Origin: a virus
Reading direction: 5' to 3' (one strand)
DNA length: 64,000 bases
IMG/VR virus record: IMGVR_UViG_3300043411_001314
Span: 53,503-117,502 of that record
Shown here: positions 63,933 through 64,000 of the stretch, piece by piece
Layout: each line of letters begins with the position of its first letter
Position numbering within the stretch: the first letter of the stretch is position 1
Translations under genes and position numbers: made by a program
Notes under the pieces: generated by a model
The model's database searches: none
What the model was told of the DNA's origin: nothing
The model's input: the letters and a program-made list of their open reading frames with translations, nothing else

Positions 63933-63956
63933 CTCGACTCGACGTCGAGCCGGAGC

Positions 63957-63987
63957 GGCCCCCGGGGGTTTCCCCCGGGGGCCTTTT
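63957..63987 (+). terminator. intrinsic terminator
   Basis: GGCCCCCGGGGG-TTT-CCCCCGGGGGCC-TTTT. Confidence 0.8.
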
Positions 63988-64000
63988 CCGGTCTAGTTTG

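Larger units (their letters stand above)
62244..63948. repeat. TCGACGTCGA palindrome-rich low-complexity region
   Basis: About 15 copies counted by eye, plus 21-bp units GTCGAGCGGCTCCGGCTCGAC. Confidence 0.9.

Noticed and set aside
62244-63948. CRISPR array
   Set aside because: Repeats are 10-21 bp, irregularly spaced, without unique constant-length spacers, and there are no cas genes

Overview
The window is part of a high-GC, siphovirus-like tailed phage genome. An actinobacterial host is inferred from SigA-type promoters with leaderless starts, an Rpf-like lipoprotein and Ku. Bases 1-19.6 kb (+) carry the virion module: end of major capsid, head-tail joining genes, major tail protein, tail chaperone with a GGGAAAA -1 frameshift, a 1819-aa tape measure and minor tail proteins. 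They also carry an M48-like protease, a ParB-like protein, the Rpf-like lipoprotein and four tRNAs. Bases 19.6-62.2 kb (-) are tightly coupled genes: RNA repair (Pnk, Rnl1, RlaP-like nucleotidyltransferase, metallophosphoesterase), ATP-dependent DNA ligase, Ku, RuvB-like ATPase, beta clamp, MoxR AAA+ and VWA pair, GP88-like, DUF2786, about 60 small hypotheticals and three more tRNAs. The most unusual signals lie at the right end. (i) A cloverleaf tRNA mimic whose anticodon loop is replaced by a GNRA tetraloop (59752-59822). (ii) A ~570-nt highly structured non-coding stretch (61671-62240), followed by a 135-aa ORF enclosed by a 30-bp RNA-level helix and flanked by phased repeat boxes. (iii) A 1.7-kb region with about 15 TCGACGTCGA palindromes read in all three frames of a gene. 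Two apparent captures of foreign DNA flanked by short direct repeats (30.8-31.76 kb, 51.6-52.15 kb) and tRNA leaders antisense to their own tRNAs were also seen. All family calls come from motif recognition by eye; no searches or folding programs were run.
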